From Planctomycetota bacterium (GTDB lineage Bacteria; Planctomycetota; UBA1135; GCA-002686595): a DNA stretch of 64,000 nt. Location of the stretch: NCBI GenBank assembly GCA_028278425.1, contig JANQEJ010000327.1, positions 16,382 through 80,381 of the forward strand. The letters run 5' to 3'. Each line of letters starts with the position of its first letter. Position 1 is the stretch's first letter. Made by a program: the position numbers and the translations under genes. The notes below the pieces were generated by a model, which worked only from the letters and a program-made list of their open reading frames with translations, was not told the origin of the DNA and ran no database searches. This document shows, in pieces, positions 24,706 to 33,215 of the stretch.

Positions 24706-24896
24706 CCCCAGCGGCGCAGGCGGCGGCTACGCGTACGCATCTGCGCGGTGCGCGTGCCCATGTACGCCACGAGGCCGAGCCCGAGCCCGAGCACCAGGCC
24801 CCCGCCGATCAGCACGGGCCACGGCGACGGCTGCGCGGAGACTTCCCCCAAGAAGCGGACGGGTCGGCGGCGCTGAGGAGCGAGCGGGCGGTACAT
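24702..24896 (-). CDS. small membrane protein
   Basis: 64 aa; PWPVLIGGGLVLGLGLGLVAYMG hydrophobic core. Confidence 0.4.
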   Translation of the reverse strand: MYRPLAPQRRRPVRFLGEVSAQPSPWPVLIGGGLVLGLGLGLVAYMGTRTAQMRTRSRRLRRWG

Positions 24897-24905
24897 GCGG
24901 GTCCT

Positions 24906-25127
24906 TCAGTCGCCCCGTCGGAGCGAGTCGATCATGAGGTAGTTGCGGCCGTTGAAGAGGACGGTCGCGATGCCCGCGCCGGCGAGCAGGAAGCGCGCGA
25001 CCCGCTGCCGCGGGGTGTACGCGTTCATGTGGTAGGCGCCGTACATCATCAGCGGGCCGATGACGAAGACGTCGTACAGCCGGATGAGCTGGGCCTTGGC
25101 GATCAGGTTGGCGTCCTCGGGGCTCAC
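24906..25127 (-). CDS. small membrane protein
   Basis: GTG 25127; two hydrophobic segments (VFVIGPLMMYGAY, FLLAGAGIATVLF). Confidence 0.4.
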   Translation of the reverse strand: MSPEDANLIAKAQLIRLYDVFVIGPLMMYGAYHMNAYTPRQRVARFLLAGAGIATVLFNGRNYLMIDSLRRGD

Positions 25128-25141
25128 GGGTCGAGTATAGC

Positions 25142-25462
25142 TCAGGGAGCCTCGATGACCGCCAGCAGCGCGTTCGAGAGCGCACCCTCGCGCGTCCGGA
25201 GCATGTCCTCGGGTTCGATCTCGTACCACTGATCGAGGAGCGGCTCCGCCTGGGCCTGCACGTGCGCGATCGTCTCGCGCAGGCCGCGTTCGGTGCCTCC
25301 CGCCCGGAGGTACTCGCAGCCCGCGGACTTGATGCGGTGCACCTCCGGAGTATGCCCCTGCGCTCGACGAAAGAGGTAGGTGTAGACGGCCGCGCCGAAG
25401 CGCTCGAGGATCTGGAGCCGTCGCGGGATGTAGCCGCCCCGCGGTCGAGCTCTACGCGGCAC
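25142..25462 (-). CDS. hypothetical protein
   Basis: 106-aa ORF. Confidence 0.45.
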   Translation of the reverse strand: MPRRARPRGGYIPRRLQILERFGAAVYTYLFRRAQGHTPEVHRIKSAGCEYLRAGGTERGLRETIAHVQAQAEPLLDQWYEIEPEDMLRTREGALSNALLAVIEAP

Positions 25463-26024
25463 GGCGCCGGCGCGGTGGCGGTTCGGGGGGCATGGAGGCG
25501 TAGACGATCACGGCGCCGACGCCGAACAGCATCGCCCACACGAACCAAGGCGCGAGCGGCTCCGCGGCCGCGGGTGCCGGCGCCGGCTGCTGTGCGGCGA
25601 TCGAGGGCGGCGGCGCGTAGCGGCCGTAGAGCTCCTGCCACTGTCCGATGCCGGCCTTGGGCATCGCGCGGTAGACCTCGAGGTCGAGCTTGCCGAAGAG
25701 CGTCTGACCCCGAGCGATCTTCTGCATGATCCGGCGCGCGCGCCATGTCGGAACCAGGCAGCGTCGGCGCAGCGTGCGCCCGGGGCCGCACGTCCCGACC
25801 TCTCCCCACTTCGACCAGCGCCACAGGCGTGCGTCGTAGACGTGGTAGGGACCGCCGGGCCCCTCTCCGAGGTAGCGCCCGGCGGGGAAGGGTGCTCCGA
25901 TCTCCAGGCGGCCGCGCTCGACCAGATCGGGCGGTGCCTCGGAAGCCGGCACGAGCGCCATGCCCCGTCGTCGCGCCTCGCGCAGCGACATGAACGTCAT
26001 GGGCCGATTATAGCCCGACGACAC
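25452..26024 (-). CDS. hypothetical protein with C-terminal transmembrane helix
   Basis: 190 aa; WFVWAMLFGVGAVIVYA near the C-terminus. Confidence 0.5.
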   Translation of the reverse strand: MSSGYNRPMTFMSLREARRRGMALVPASEAPPDLVERGRLEIGAPFPAGRYLGEGPGGPYHVYDARLWRWSKWGEVGTCGPGRTLRRRCLVPTWRARRIMQKIARGQTLFGKLDLEVYRAMPKAGIGQWQELYGRYAPPPSIAAQQPAPAPAAAEPLAPWFVWAMLFGVGAVIVYASMPPEPPPRRRRAA

Positions 26025-27830
26025 TCAGCGGCGCGAGCGGCGGCGCCTGCGCTTGACCCGGACGCGCGCGGCGCGGCGCGGCAGCACGAAGTCACTCATT
26101 GGCTGGCTGGTGCACTCGAGCACGTAGAAGTCACCGCCACCGTGCTCGTCGCTGTAGTCGCCGACGTCCTCGAGCTCGCCCCCAAGCGACCGCCACCGCT
26201 TGTCGGCCTCCCACGAGCGCGACGTATCGGAGGCGAAGGGACGCCGGTAGACGAAGCACGCAACGTCCGCCGCGATCTCGTAGAGGTGCGTGCCCACACC
26301 CTGACGGCGCAGGGCGGCGTTCACGCCCGAGCCGTAGACGGCCATCACGCCGCGCGGGCCGGCGTAGTCGTAGTCGCGGTTCTCTACGCCCACGCTGCCG
26401 ATGCGGGGCCACATGCCGGCGTCGATCCCGGTGTGGCGAGCTTTGGGCGGCGGCGGCGCGTCATCGGGCACTCGCGCCTCGACGAGGTAGTCGTCGTCGC
26501 TGTAGGGGCGTACGCGGTACTCGACCGGCTGTTCCTGGCGCTGGCCGTGCTCGTCTTCGTAGACGACGGTGCCGCGCGTGCCCAACGGGAGGACCGACAG
26601 CCGTCCGAACTCGACCGCGGCCGCGCCCTCGGGGTTCTGACGAAGGTAGCTGGGCCGCGGCGAGCGGCCACCGCAGCCGACGCATTGGATGTCGTCCTCG
26701 TCGTACTCGATCGGGAAGCCGAAGACGTGCTCGGCGATCACGTCCGCCCGTCGCTCGGCGCCCTTGGGCAGCCCGTGGAGCTCCAGGCGCTCGCAGACGA
26801 CGCTGCGCGGATAGCGGAAGTCGATCGCGTGGCCCAGCTCGTGCGCCATGAGGCCCAAGATGTGGCTGTCGGGAAGCTTCTCGACCTTCGGGGCGAAGGC
26901 GACCGTGAGGCGTCCGTCGTTGTGGGCCTGGCAGAACGCGAACTGGCGCTCGCCCCCCTCGCCCGCACGCTCGTCGGAAGCGAGGTGGATCCAGCCCAAG
27001 TCGTCGAAGGGGCTGACGTCGAGCTCGTCCATGAGGTCATCGAAGATGGCCTGCGTTCGGGGGAGCGCGTGGTTGCGGCGGTTGCCGACGAGTCGCCGCT
27101 CCTGCGCCTCCCGGTAGCGCTCGCGGAGCGAGCTGCGGCGCGCGAACGAGTCTTGGGCCGCCTCCACGAGCTCGCTCGGGGGCACATGCGCGAGCGAGCC
27201 GCCCATCCGGCTTTCGATCAGCCGACGCGTGTGCAGGGCGAGCGCGTCCTCCATGGTCTGCATCGGGAAGCCGATCTGGTCCTCCGGCCACACGTCGCGC
27301 ACGTGCTCTGGATCGAAGTCCCAGCCCCAAGCGTGGCGCGCGTAGGCTTCGGGGTCCTCGGAGACAGCCAGGTAGCGCTCGTACAGCGCGGACAGTGCGC
27401 CGGTGAGGTCCTCTTCGACCGGAGGCGCGAGCCGGCCCGGGCCGAGCCTCCCGCTCGGCCCCACGTCCAGCTCCCCGGGCTCTCGCTCGTCGACCTCGAT
27501 GCTCTCCGCGAGCTCGCCCTCGAGCCCTTCCAGCTCCTCGGCCTTGATCGCGTAGGCCTCGTCGAGCCGCTCGGCGAGCGCGAAGTTGCCCTGCGCGTAC
27601 GCGTCCATGGCGCGTTCCTCGAGCGCGTCGAGCTCGCGCAGCCGGCGGAGCAGCTCGTCGCGTTCGGTCGAGGAAAGGCGCCGGAGGCGCTCGGGGTTGG
27701 CGAGGACGCTACGGAGCGCCGCATGCTCGAAGGAACTCGTCCTCTGCGGCCTCCCGGTCATCGTGGCCATGCGCGCTGAGACTGAAGTCGGTCGAGCTCG
27801 CTGCTCTGACGGACCTTCAGGTTGGTACAC
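26025..27830 (-). CDS. fusion protein: HExxH zinc-metallopeptidase-like domain plus GNAT acetyltransferase-like domain
   Basis: LMAHELGHAIDF (HExxH) mid-protein; downstream VNAALRRQGVGTHLYEIA (GNAT Q/RxxGxG/A acetyl-CoA motif); start uncertain. Confidence 0.55.
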   Translation of the reverse strand: MYQPEGPSEQRARPTSVSARMATMTGRPQRTSSFEHAALRSVLANPERLRRLSSTERDELLRRLRELDALEERAMDAYAQGNFALAERLDEAYAIKAEELEGLEGELAESIEVDEREPGELDVGPSGRLGPGRLAPPVEEDLTGALSALYERYLAVSEDPEAYARHAWGWDFDPEHVRDVWPEDQIGFPMQTMEDALALHTRRLIESRMGGSLAHVPPSELVEAAQDSFARRSSLRERYREAQERRLVGNRRNHALPRTQAIFDDLMDELDVSPFDDLGWIHLASDERAGEGGERQFAFCQAHNDGRLTVAFAPKVEKLPDSHILGLMAHELGHAIDFRYPRSVVCERLELHGLPKGAERRADVIAEHVFGFPIEYDEDDIQCVGCGGRSPRPSYLRQNPEGAAAVEFGRLSVLPLGTRGTVVYEDEHGQRQEQPVEYRVRPYSDDDYLVEARVPDDAPPPPKARHTGIDAGMWPRIGSVGVENRDYDYAGPRGVMAVYGSGVNAALRRQGVGTHLYEIAADVACFVYRRPFASDTSRSWEADKRWRSLGGELEDVGDYSDEHGGGDFYVLECTSQPMSDFVLPRRAARVRVKRRRRRSRR

Positions 27831-27863
27831 CGTCGCGGGTACCCACCGGAGGCGGTAGGCTCG

Positions 27864-28124
27864 TCACCATGAGATGTCGAACTCATGAGCTAGCTTCCCC
27901 AGCCGGCGCCCTAGTGCATCAGCGCGCCGCGTGACACCCGCGACTCCGCGGCCCGCACGCTCTAGCGTGTCGATCCTCGCGTAAGCGCTCCCCAGCGCCA
28001 TTGCGGCCTCCATGAGTTCGGCGACAGCCCCTTGATTCTTTTTGGCGGCACGCTGCAGGGCATCATTCGCGTCCTCCAGGGCGGCGCGCACGTCTTCACT
28101 CGTCAGATCGACCACAATGGGCAT
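27864..28124 (-). CDS. hypothetical protein
   Basis: 86-aa helical ORF. Confidence 0.45.
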   Translation of the reverse strand: MPIVVDLTSEDVRAALEDANDALQRAAKKNQGAVAELMEAAMALGSAYARIDTLERAGRGVAGVTRRADALGRRLGKLAHEFDISW

Positions 28125-29058
28125 TGCTTGCTCCTTCTGCGATACCCTCGGAGCCTAGCAGATCGACCAGCTCGTCGGGCACGCCCTCTTGTGCCGCTTC
28201 CGACGCGTCGACCGTGTTGGCGAGCTCGGCGAGCTGCTCTTCGATCCCGTCGAGGCTCGGTAGCTCGAAGGGGTTGCTGGGTTTGAGGTCGAACAGCTTG
28301 GCCTGGTCGAGCACAGCGCGGCCCTGGTGCGTCGCGAGCTGCTGGTCGATCACGTAGGCGGGGAGCTGCGTCGCCTCCATGAGCGCGAGCACCACGTCCT
28401 TGAACTCGGTCGGCGCGAAGCCGGCCTTGACACGGTCGAGGAGCGCCTCGCGGATTTGGTCGAGCTTCTCGGGGGAGGCCTCCAGCTCGTCGTTCTTCAG
28501 TCGCGGCACCGCGATCACGTCCCCGGTGTGGGGGTTTCGGTGGACGACCTGACCGGTCTCGTCTTGCAGGCGCTCGCCGAGCTCGCCGCCGGCCGTCAGG
28601 GGTTCCGGGAAGTCGTCGATCACGTGCGGATCGTGCTCGCTGCCGACGCTGACCGACGGGCGCGCGGAACCCTCGAGCTCGGCGAGGGTCATCGGCGCGT
28701 ACTCGGCCCGGGGCGCCGTGAGGCAGGCAGGCTTGTCGGCGCCCCCGGTGACCTCGTTCCACGCGTCGTCCTCGATCGCCGAAAGGGGGGTGTCCGCGTA
28801 CTCGTAGGCGAAGCGGTGCAGGTCCGCGGCGCTTCGCTGGGTCAGCTCGTCCTCCGAGAGCGCGACGCTGGCGATCACCGCGGCGCAGACGCCCTGATCG
28901 ACGCCCTCGTAGAAGGCGGCATGCTCGAGCTTGCCCAGGTTGCGCAGGATGTCGCTGCACAGCTCAGGGCTGCCGCGAAGCGCCTGGGCGATCCGTAGGT
29001 AGAGCTCCACGCGGATGGCGTGGTAGCGGACCTCGTCCTCCGTGCGCCGAAACCTCAC
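28096..29058 (-). CDS. hypothetical acidic protein
   Basis: 320-aa ORF with non-repetitive composition. Confidence 0.5.
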   Translation of the reverse strand: MRFRRTEDEVRYHAIRVELYLRIAQALRGSPELCSDILRNLGKLEHAAFYEGVDQGVCAAVIASVALSEDELTQRSAADLHRFAYEYADTPLSAIEDDAWNEVTGGADKPACLTAPRAEYAPMTLAELEGSARPSVSVGSEHDPHVIDDFPEPLTAGGELGERLQDETGQVVHRNPHTGDVIAVPRLKNDELEASPEKLDQIREALLDRVKAGFAPTEFKDVVLALMEATQLPAYVIDQQLATHQGRAVLDQAKLFDLKPSNPFELPSLDGIEEQLAELANTVDASEAAQEGVPDELVDLLGSEGIAEGASNAHCGRSDE

Positions 29059-29456
29059 TGCTTCGCCTCCGCCGCTTCGCCGACGGCCTCGCCCATCTGC
29101 CGGAACAGGGAGAGGATCACCACCTGAGCGATCCGCTTGGTCAGCCCGGGGCCGAAGCTCGAGACGGCGTGCCCCGGGCGGAGCAGGATCCGGCCCTTGA
29201 AGGCGCGCATCTGGCCGCGGTTCTTCTGAGGGGGCAGCCGGAGCTTGCGGAAGCGGCGCCGCTTGACGGTGAGGCGTTCGAGCGAATCGAGGATCTCGCG
29301 AAGGATCGCGGGGTCGACGTCGTCATTCATGAGGATGGTGTGGTTCAGGTCGCCCGTCTTGGCGTTGTAGTTGGCTCCGATGAGCACGTGCCCCGGGGGC
29401 ACCAGTCCCTCGGAGCTACCGCCAGCGGCAGCCTCCGGATCGTCGTGTTCGCGCAT
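29055..29456 (-). CDS. hypothetical protein
   Basis: 133-aa ORF; its start overlaps a divergent ORF start, so one of the two starts is probably internal. Confidence 0.45.
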   Translation of the reverse strand: MREHDDPEAAAGGSSEGLVPPGHVLIGANYNAKTGDLNHTILMNDDVDPAILREILDSLERLTVKRRRFRKLRLPPQKNRGQMRAFKGRILLRPGHAVSSFGPGLTKRIAQVVILSLFRQMGEAVGEAAEAKQ

Positions 29457-30180
29457 GCCCGACTCCTTTGGGTTAGACTACCCGCGTCCCGTGACCTTCG
29501 CGACCGTCATCGCTCTTGGGCTGCAGCCCTACCGGATCAGCCAGGAAGACAAGCTCTGGGCGGCGCGCGCCGCGCAGTTCGAGGGGCACGACCCGGCAGA
29601 CACGCTCTGGACGTGGACGCAGCGCCACACGCTGCCGGCCTTCCGACGCCGCTACCCGCAGCTCCACGAGCTGATCAAGGCCCACAGCCAGCCCGTCAAC
29701 CCGATCTGGCGTCGCACCGGATCCAAGTGCCGGCCCGGGGGTTCCTACCACGGCACCGATCACTGTTCGGAGGGGCGGTTGCAGCGGCGCGATCAGGCCG
29801 CGTCGCTGTCGTTCTCGCAAACCCGGCCGGATGTCCAGGCGGCGGTGCAGGCCTGGGCTGAGGGGCGCCTCCCCAACCCGGTGGACAAGGCGGTGGATTT
29901 CGCGGCGCCGGGCGTGGCCCAGTCGTTTATGAGGCGCAATCCCGGTAGCCGTCTGGTCAAGCAGGCCGGCAACTGGTTCATCGCCACCAGCGAGTCGCTC
30001 CGATGGCCCAGCGGGCGCGTCCGGATGCAGCCCGCGTCTGGCGTGCAGCGCATTCTTCCTGCGCGGAGCGGCAAGCCTGGCGCGTGGATCGTGCCTGCGC
30101 TCGTGCTGGGGAGCGCGGGTACGCTCATGGCGACCCTGTTCTACGTCGCGTGGAAGCGGCGCCCTGGGAGAAGTCGATGA
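29455..30180 (+). CDS. hypothetical protein with C-terminal transmembrane helix
   Basis: In-frame ATG 29455; C-terminal WIVPALVLGSAGTLMATLFYVAW; start uncertain. Confidence 0.45.
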   Translation: MPDSFGLDYPRPVTFATVIALGLQPYRISQEDKLWAARAAQFEGHDPADTLWTWTQRHTLPAFRRRYPQLHELIKAHSQPVNPIWRRTGSKCRPGGSYHGTDHCSEGRLQRRDQAASLSFSQTRPDVQAAVQAWAEGRLPNPVDKAVDFAAPGVAQSFMRRNPGSRLVKQAGNWFIATSESLRWPSGRVRMQPASGVQRILPARSGKPGAWIVPALVLGSAGTLMATLFYVAWKRRPGRSR

Positions 30181-30905
30181 ACGTCGTGATCATCGGGGAC
30201 AGCCACGTCGAGGCGATGGGTCCCCAGCTCACCCAGAAGTTGCCGACCGTGGGCGTCCGCGTGATGGGCTACACGACGCGGCGCGGTTGGTCGACCGACC
30301 GCTACAACGGTCGCGGCGACCTGGCCCGGCTCGTGACGCGCCCCGAGCACGGCGGCAGCGGGACCCCCGACGCGGTGGTCGTGAGCCTTGGCGGCAACGG
30401 CCGGCCGCGCAGCAAGTCGTCGTACCGATCCATCCTGCAGCGGGCGGTCAACAAGATCCGCGAGTCCGGCGTGCAGCGCATCGTCTGGGTGGGGCCCGCC
30501 ACGTCGGTCGCCGAGCGGTCCGCCGCAGCCGCTGATGCGCACCGGCGCCACGAGCAGAACGCCGAGTGGCAGCGCGAGCTGCTCCCCCAGATGGGCGTGA
30601 CGTGGATCGACTCGCGGCCGATGACGCGGAGCGGCCATGCCCCCGATGGCGTGCACTTCACGTTCCGGGAGGGCTACCCACGGTGGGCTGATCAGCTCAA
30701 GCATGAGATCGCTCACGCACTGGCGGGGCCCGCTCCGAGCGGCGGAGCGCCCTCCGGCGGCAAGCCGGGGCCCGGCCGACCGGCGGGCGGGATGCCGCTC
30801 AAGGGCAGCGCGGCTTCCTTCTGGGTGCCGGTCGCGATCCTGACGGTGGCGACCGGCATCTTCCTGGGGACGATCTTCCTCGTGCGGCCGCGGCCGGCCT
30901 ACTAG
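30177..30905 (+). CDS. SGNH/GDSL-family hydrolase with C-terminal membrane anchor
   Basis: Block I VVIIGDSHV, block II/III VVSLGGNG, block V APDGVHFT; C-terminal FWVPVAILTVATGIFLGTIFLV; ATGA-coupled. Confidence 0.7.
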   Translation: MNVVIIGDSHVEAMGPQLTQKLPTVGVRVMGYTTRRGWSTDRYNGRGDLARLVTRPEHGGSGTPDAVVVSLGGNGRPRSKSSYRSILQRAVNKIRESGVQRIVWVGPATSVAERSAAAADAHRRHEQNAEWQRELLPQMGVTWIDSRPMTRSGHAPDGVHFTFREGYPRWADQLKHEIAHALAGPAPSGGAPSGGKPGPGRPAGGMPLKGSAASFWVPVAILTVATGIFLGTIFLVRPRPAY

Positions 30906-30986
30906 GGGACGAGCCCGAGCAGCACCGCTGCGTAGGCACCCAGTAGCGCCAGGATGGACGCATAGCGAGCGGCGGCGAAGAGCGCG

Positions 30987-31355
30987 CTACGCACGGTCTC
31001 TCCAGTGCTGCAGCGCCGCGTGGACACCCTGGTGGGTCGGAACGGGCAGCGCGTCGAGCTCGAACCAGCCCGCGTCGTCGTGCTCGTCGTTGAGGTCGAC
31101 CTCGAACTCCTCGGGGAGCTTGACCAGCAGCGTCGCGTAGTCGTCTCGATCGAGCCTGTCGGCGATGTGCAGGAAGCCGCGGTAGCCCGTCTCCTCCTCG
31201 AGCTCGCGCAGGGCCGCGTCGCGAACGCTCTCCCCGGGCTCAATGTTGCCGCCGGGGATCGACCACAGGCCCGGGGATCCACCCTGGTCGGAGCGCAGCA
31301 GGAGGAGCACGCGGCCGGTCGTGTTCACGACGATGAGGGTGCCCGCCGATCTCAT
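30987..31355 (-). CDS. Nudix (MutT-family) hydrolase
   Basis: Nudix box GGNIEPGESVRDAALRELEEETGY. Confidence 0.8.
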   Translation of the reverse strand: MRSAGTLIVVNTTGRVLLLLRSDQGGSPGLWSIPGGNIEPGESVRDAALRELEEETGYRGFLHIADRLDRDDYATLLVKLPEEFEVDLNDEHDDAGWFELDALPVPTHQGVHAALQHWRDRA

Positions 31356-31393
31356 GGTGACGAGCCTACCACCGAGGGGTACGATGGCGAGCG

Positions 31394-31912
31394 GTGGCGA
31401 CGTACCTGGAGATGCCCGAGGAGCTCATCGAGCCGAACGGCGGCTCGAAGTGGGAGGTCGTCTACGATCCGTCCGTCGTCTATCGTTGGCTGAAGCCGGT
31501 CCGCGTGGTGGGCCTGATGCCGAAACGCAAGCGGCGCCGTCGACCGAAGCGCTCGTCGATCCCCGATCTGCTGAACGCGATCGTCGACCACGACCGCGAA
31601 GCGATCTACGTGGCGATGCTCACCAAGCAGCAGCGCGTGTTCGCGGTGTACGTGCTGGGCATCGGGGGCCCGAACGCGACGACGGTGGACCGTACGACGC
31701 TGCTGCGGTCGGTGCTGCTCGCCAATCCAGACGGTGGCGTCGTGCTCATCCACAACCATCCCTCGGGTCGGAAGAGGCCCTCGACCGACGACGCGCATCT
31801 TACGAAGAGCGCGAGCGAGCTGCTCGGCCGCTTTGGCTACAAGCTGGTGGATCACCTCGTGATCGCACGCGACGGTGTCTTCTCGTTCGAGCAGGCCGGG
31901 ATGGTGGGCTGA
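31394..31912 (+). CDS. radC: RadC-like JAB/JAMM domain protein
   Basis: HNHPSGRKRPSTDDAHLT JAMM motif; GTG start. Confidence 0.8.
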   Translation: MATYLEMPEELIEPNGGSKWEVVYDPSVVYRWLKPVRVVGLMPKRKRRRRPKRSSIPDLLNAIVDHDREAIYVAMLTKQQRVFAVYVLGIGGPNATTVDRTTLLRSVLLANPDGGVVLIHNHPSGRKRPSTDDAHLTKSASELLGRFGYKLVDHLVIARDGVFSFEQAGMVG

Positions 31913-32427
31913 TGGCGACGTACGATCCGCTTCCCGAGCAGCTATTCCCCAACGCGCCCGACCCGCTGCTGGGCGACATCGGTGAGCTCGAGATGCGCAC
32001 GACGTTGGCCTACGACGGGGCACCCCCAACTCACCGCGCGACGAAGTCATCGCGAGAGCTCGTCCGCTACGTCCTCGAGCGCGGTATGGAGCCAGGCGAA
32101 GTCGTCATTGTTGCTCTCGACAGCCAGATGGTGCCGCTGAACTCGTTTCCGGCGCCCTACGACGCCGCAGCGGACGAGGAAGACTTCCTGATCGCGGCGG
32201 CGAAGGTCGCGGTGCTTTCGGGCGGCATGATGGCGATCGTAGTGCGCATGATCGAGCATCCGCCGAGCGCAGACGACCTCGGCGACGACCCGGTCGTCGA
32301 GGATCTGCGCGAGCTCCGAGCCGGCACAGCGAGCACGAGAGGAAAGGTCGGCGTCGACTTCCTCGACTACATCATCCTCGGCCCGACCGGGAGCTACCGC
32401 AGCGCGCTGGACGAGGGCCGCATCTAG
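31912..32427 (+). CDS. degenerate RadC-like paralog lacking the JAMM metal motif
   Basis: Begins MATY like the upstream RadC; the equivalent region reads VRMIEHPPSADDLGDD instead of HNHPSG..S..D; TGATG-coupled. Confidence 0.5.
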   Translation: MATYDPLPEQLFPNAPDPLLGDIGELEMRTTLAYDGAPPTHRATKSSRELVRYVLERGMEPGEVVIVALDSQMVPLNSFPAPYDAAADEEDFLIAAAKVAVLSGGMMAIVVRMIEHPPSADDLGDDPVVEDLRELRAGTASTRGKVGVDFLDYIILGPTGSYRSALDEGRI

Positions 32428-32780
32428 CTCTGGTCGGGTGGCGGCTCCGAGGGGATCGGGTCGGTCGGCACGGGCAGGCCGGCCTTGCGTAGCTCGAGCT
32501 CCATGATCATGCGCAGGCGCTTCTCCGCGTCACGCGCGGTGCGAAGGTCGGCCATGCCGGCTCCGCCGTCGCTCCAGGAGGCGTTCATGATGCGGGCCAT
32601 GAGCAGCTCGAGCTCGTCACGCCTCTCGCCGGTGACCGAGTCAGCGCCGGCGGCGATCGCCCAGGTGATGAGCGCTTCGACGGCCTCGGGGAGGTTGCGG
32701 GCGATGTAGAGCTCGCGCCGCTCGGATGGAGGCAGGAACCAGGAGCGCGAGCTTCGACGCCTCGGGTCGTGCTTGGACAC
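32424..32780 (-). CDS. hypothetical protein
   Basis: 118-aa ORF. Confidence 0.5.
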   Translation of the reverse strand: MSKHDPRRRSSRSWFLPPSERRELYIARNLPEAVEALITWAIAAGADSVTGERRDELELLMARIMNASWSDGGAGMADLRTARDAEKRLRMIMELELRKAGLPVPTDPIPSEPPPDQS

Positions 32781-32789
32781 AACTCACCT

Positions 32790-33215
32790 TTACAGCGTCT
32801 TCAGCACGCGTGCTACGCGGACGCCCGGCGTACGCCGGCCCCAGTTCATCAGCGCGACCACACGCTTCGGCGTCGCGTGCATCCGGCCCGTGCCGTAGCG
32901 CTTGCCCTGGGCCTTCATCTGCGCCTCGTGCCGCTTGATGAATGCGACGGTGCGACGGGCCTTGTCGCGCATTGCGCGCGTCCACCGCGCCGGCTTGGTT
33001 GCCTTGGTGCGGGCGAGCAGCGGCAGCTCGCGGCGGATGTGCGGTAGCGAGGCTTCCTTGCTGCGCGGATCCTTGGCCCAGCGACGGATCTGTGCGGGGC
33101 TCATGTTCACGAGGCGCTTGAAGTCGCGCTCGACCTGCGCGTCGGTGGCCCGAGACGTGCGCCGACGTCGCGGCCGGTTGCGCGATGTGCGCCGGCGCGA
33201 TGTGCGCCGCCTCAC
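32790..33215 (-). CDS. Arg-rich basic protein, DUF3140-like
   Basis: VNMSPAQIRRWAKDPRSKEAS ... VAFIKRHEAQ resembles the DUF3140 pattern as I recall it; N-terminal RRRTSRRRTSRNRPRRRR tail. Confidence 0.4.
   Translation of the reverse strand: MRRRTSRRRTSRNRPRRRRTSRATDAQVERDFKRLVNMSPAQIRRWAKDPRSKEASLPHIRRELPLLARTKATKPARWTRAMRDKARRTVAFIKRHEAQMKAQGKRYGTGRMHATPKRVVALMNWGRRTPGVRVARVLKTL

Noticed and set aside
25842-27779. 645-aa + strand ORF
   Set aside because: It is antisense to the HExxH/GNAT fusion gene and its neighbours. It has no motifs, and the - strand frames are translationally coupled and protein-like.
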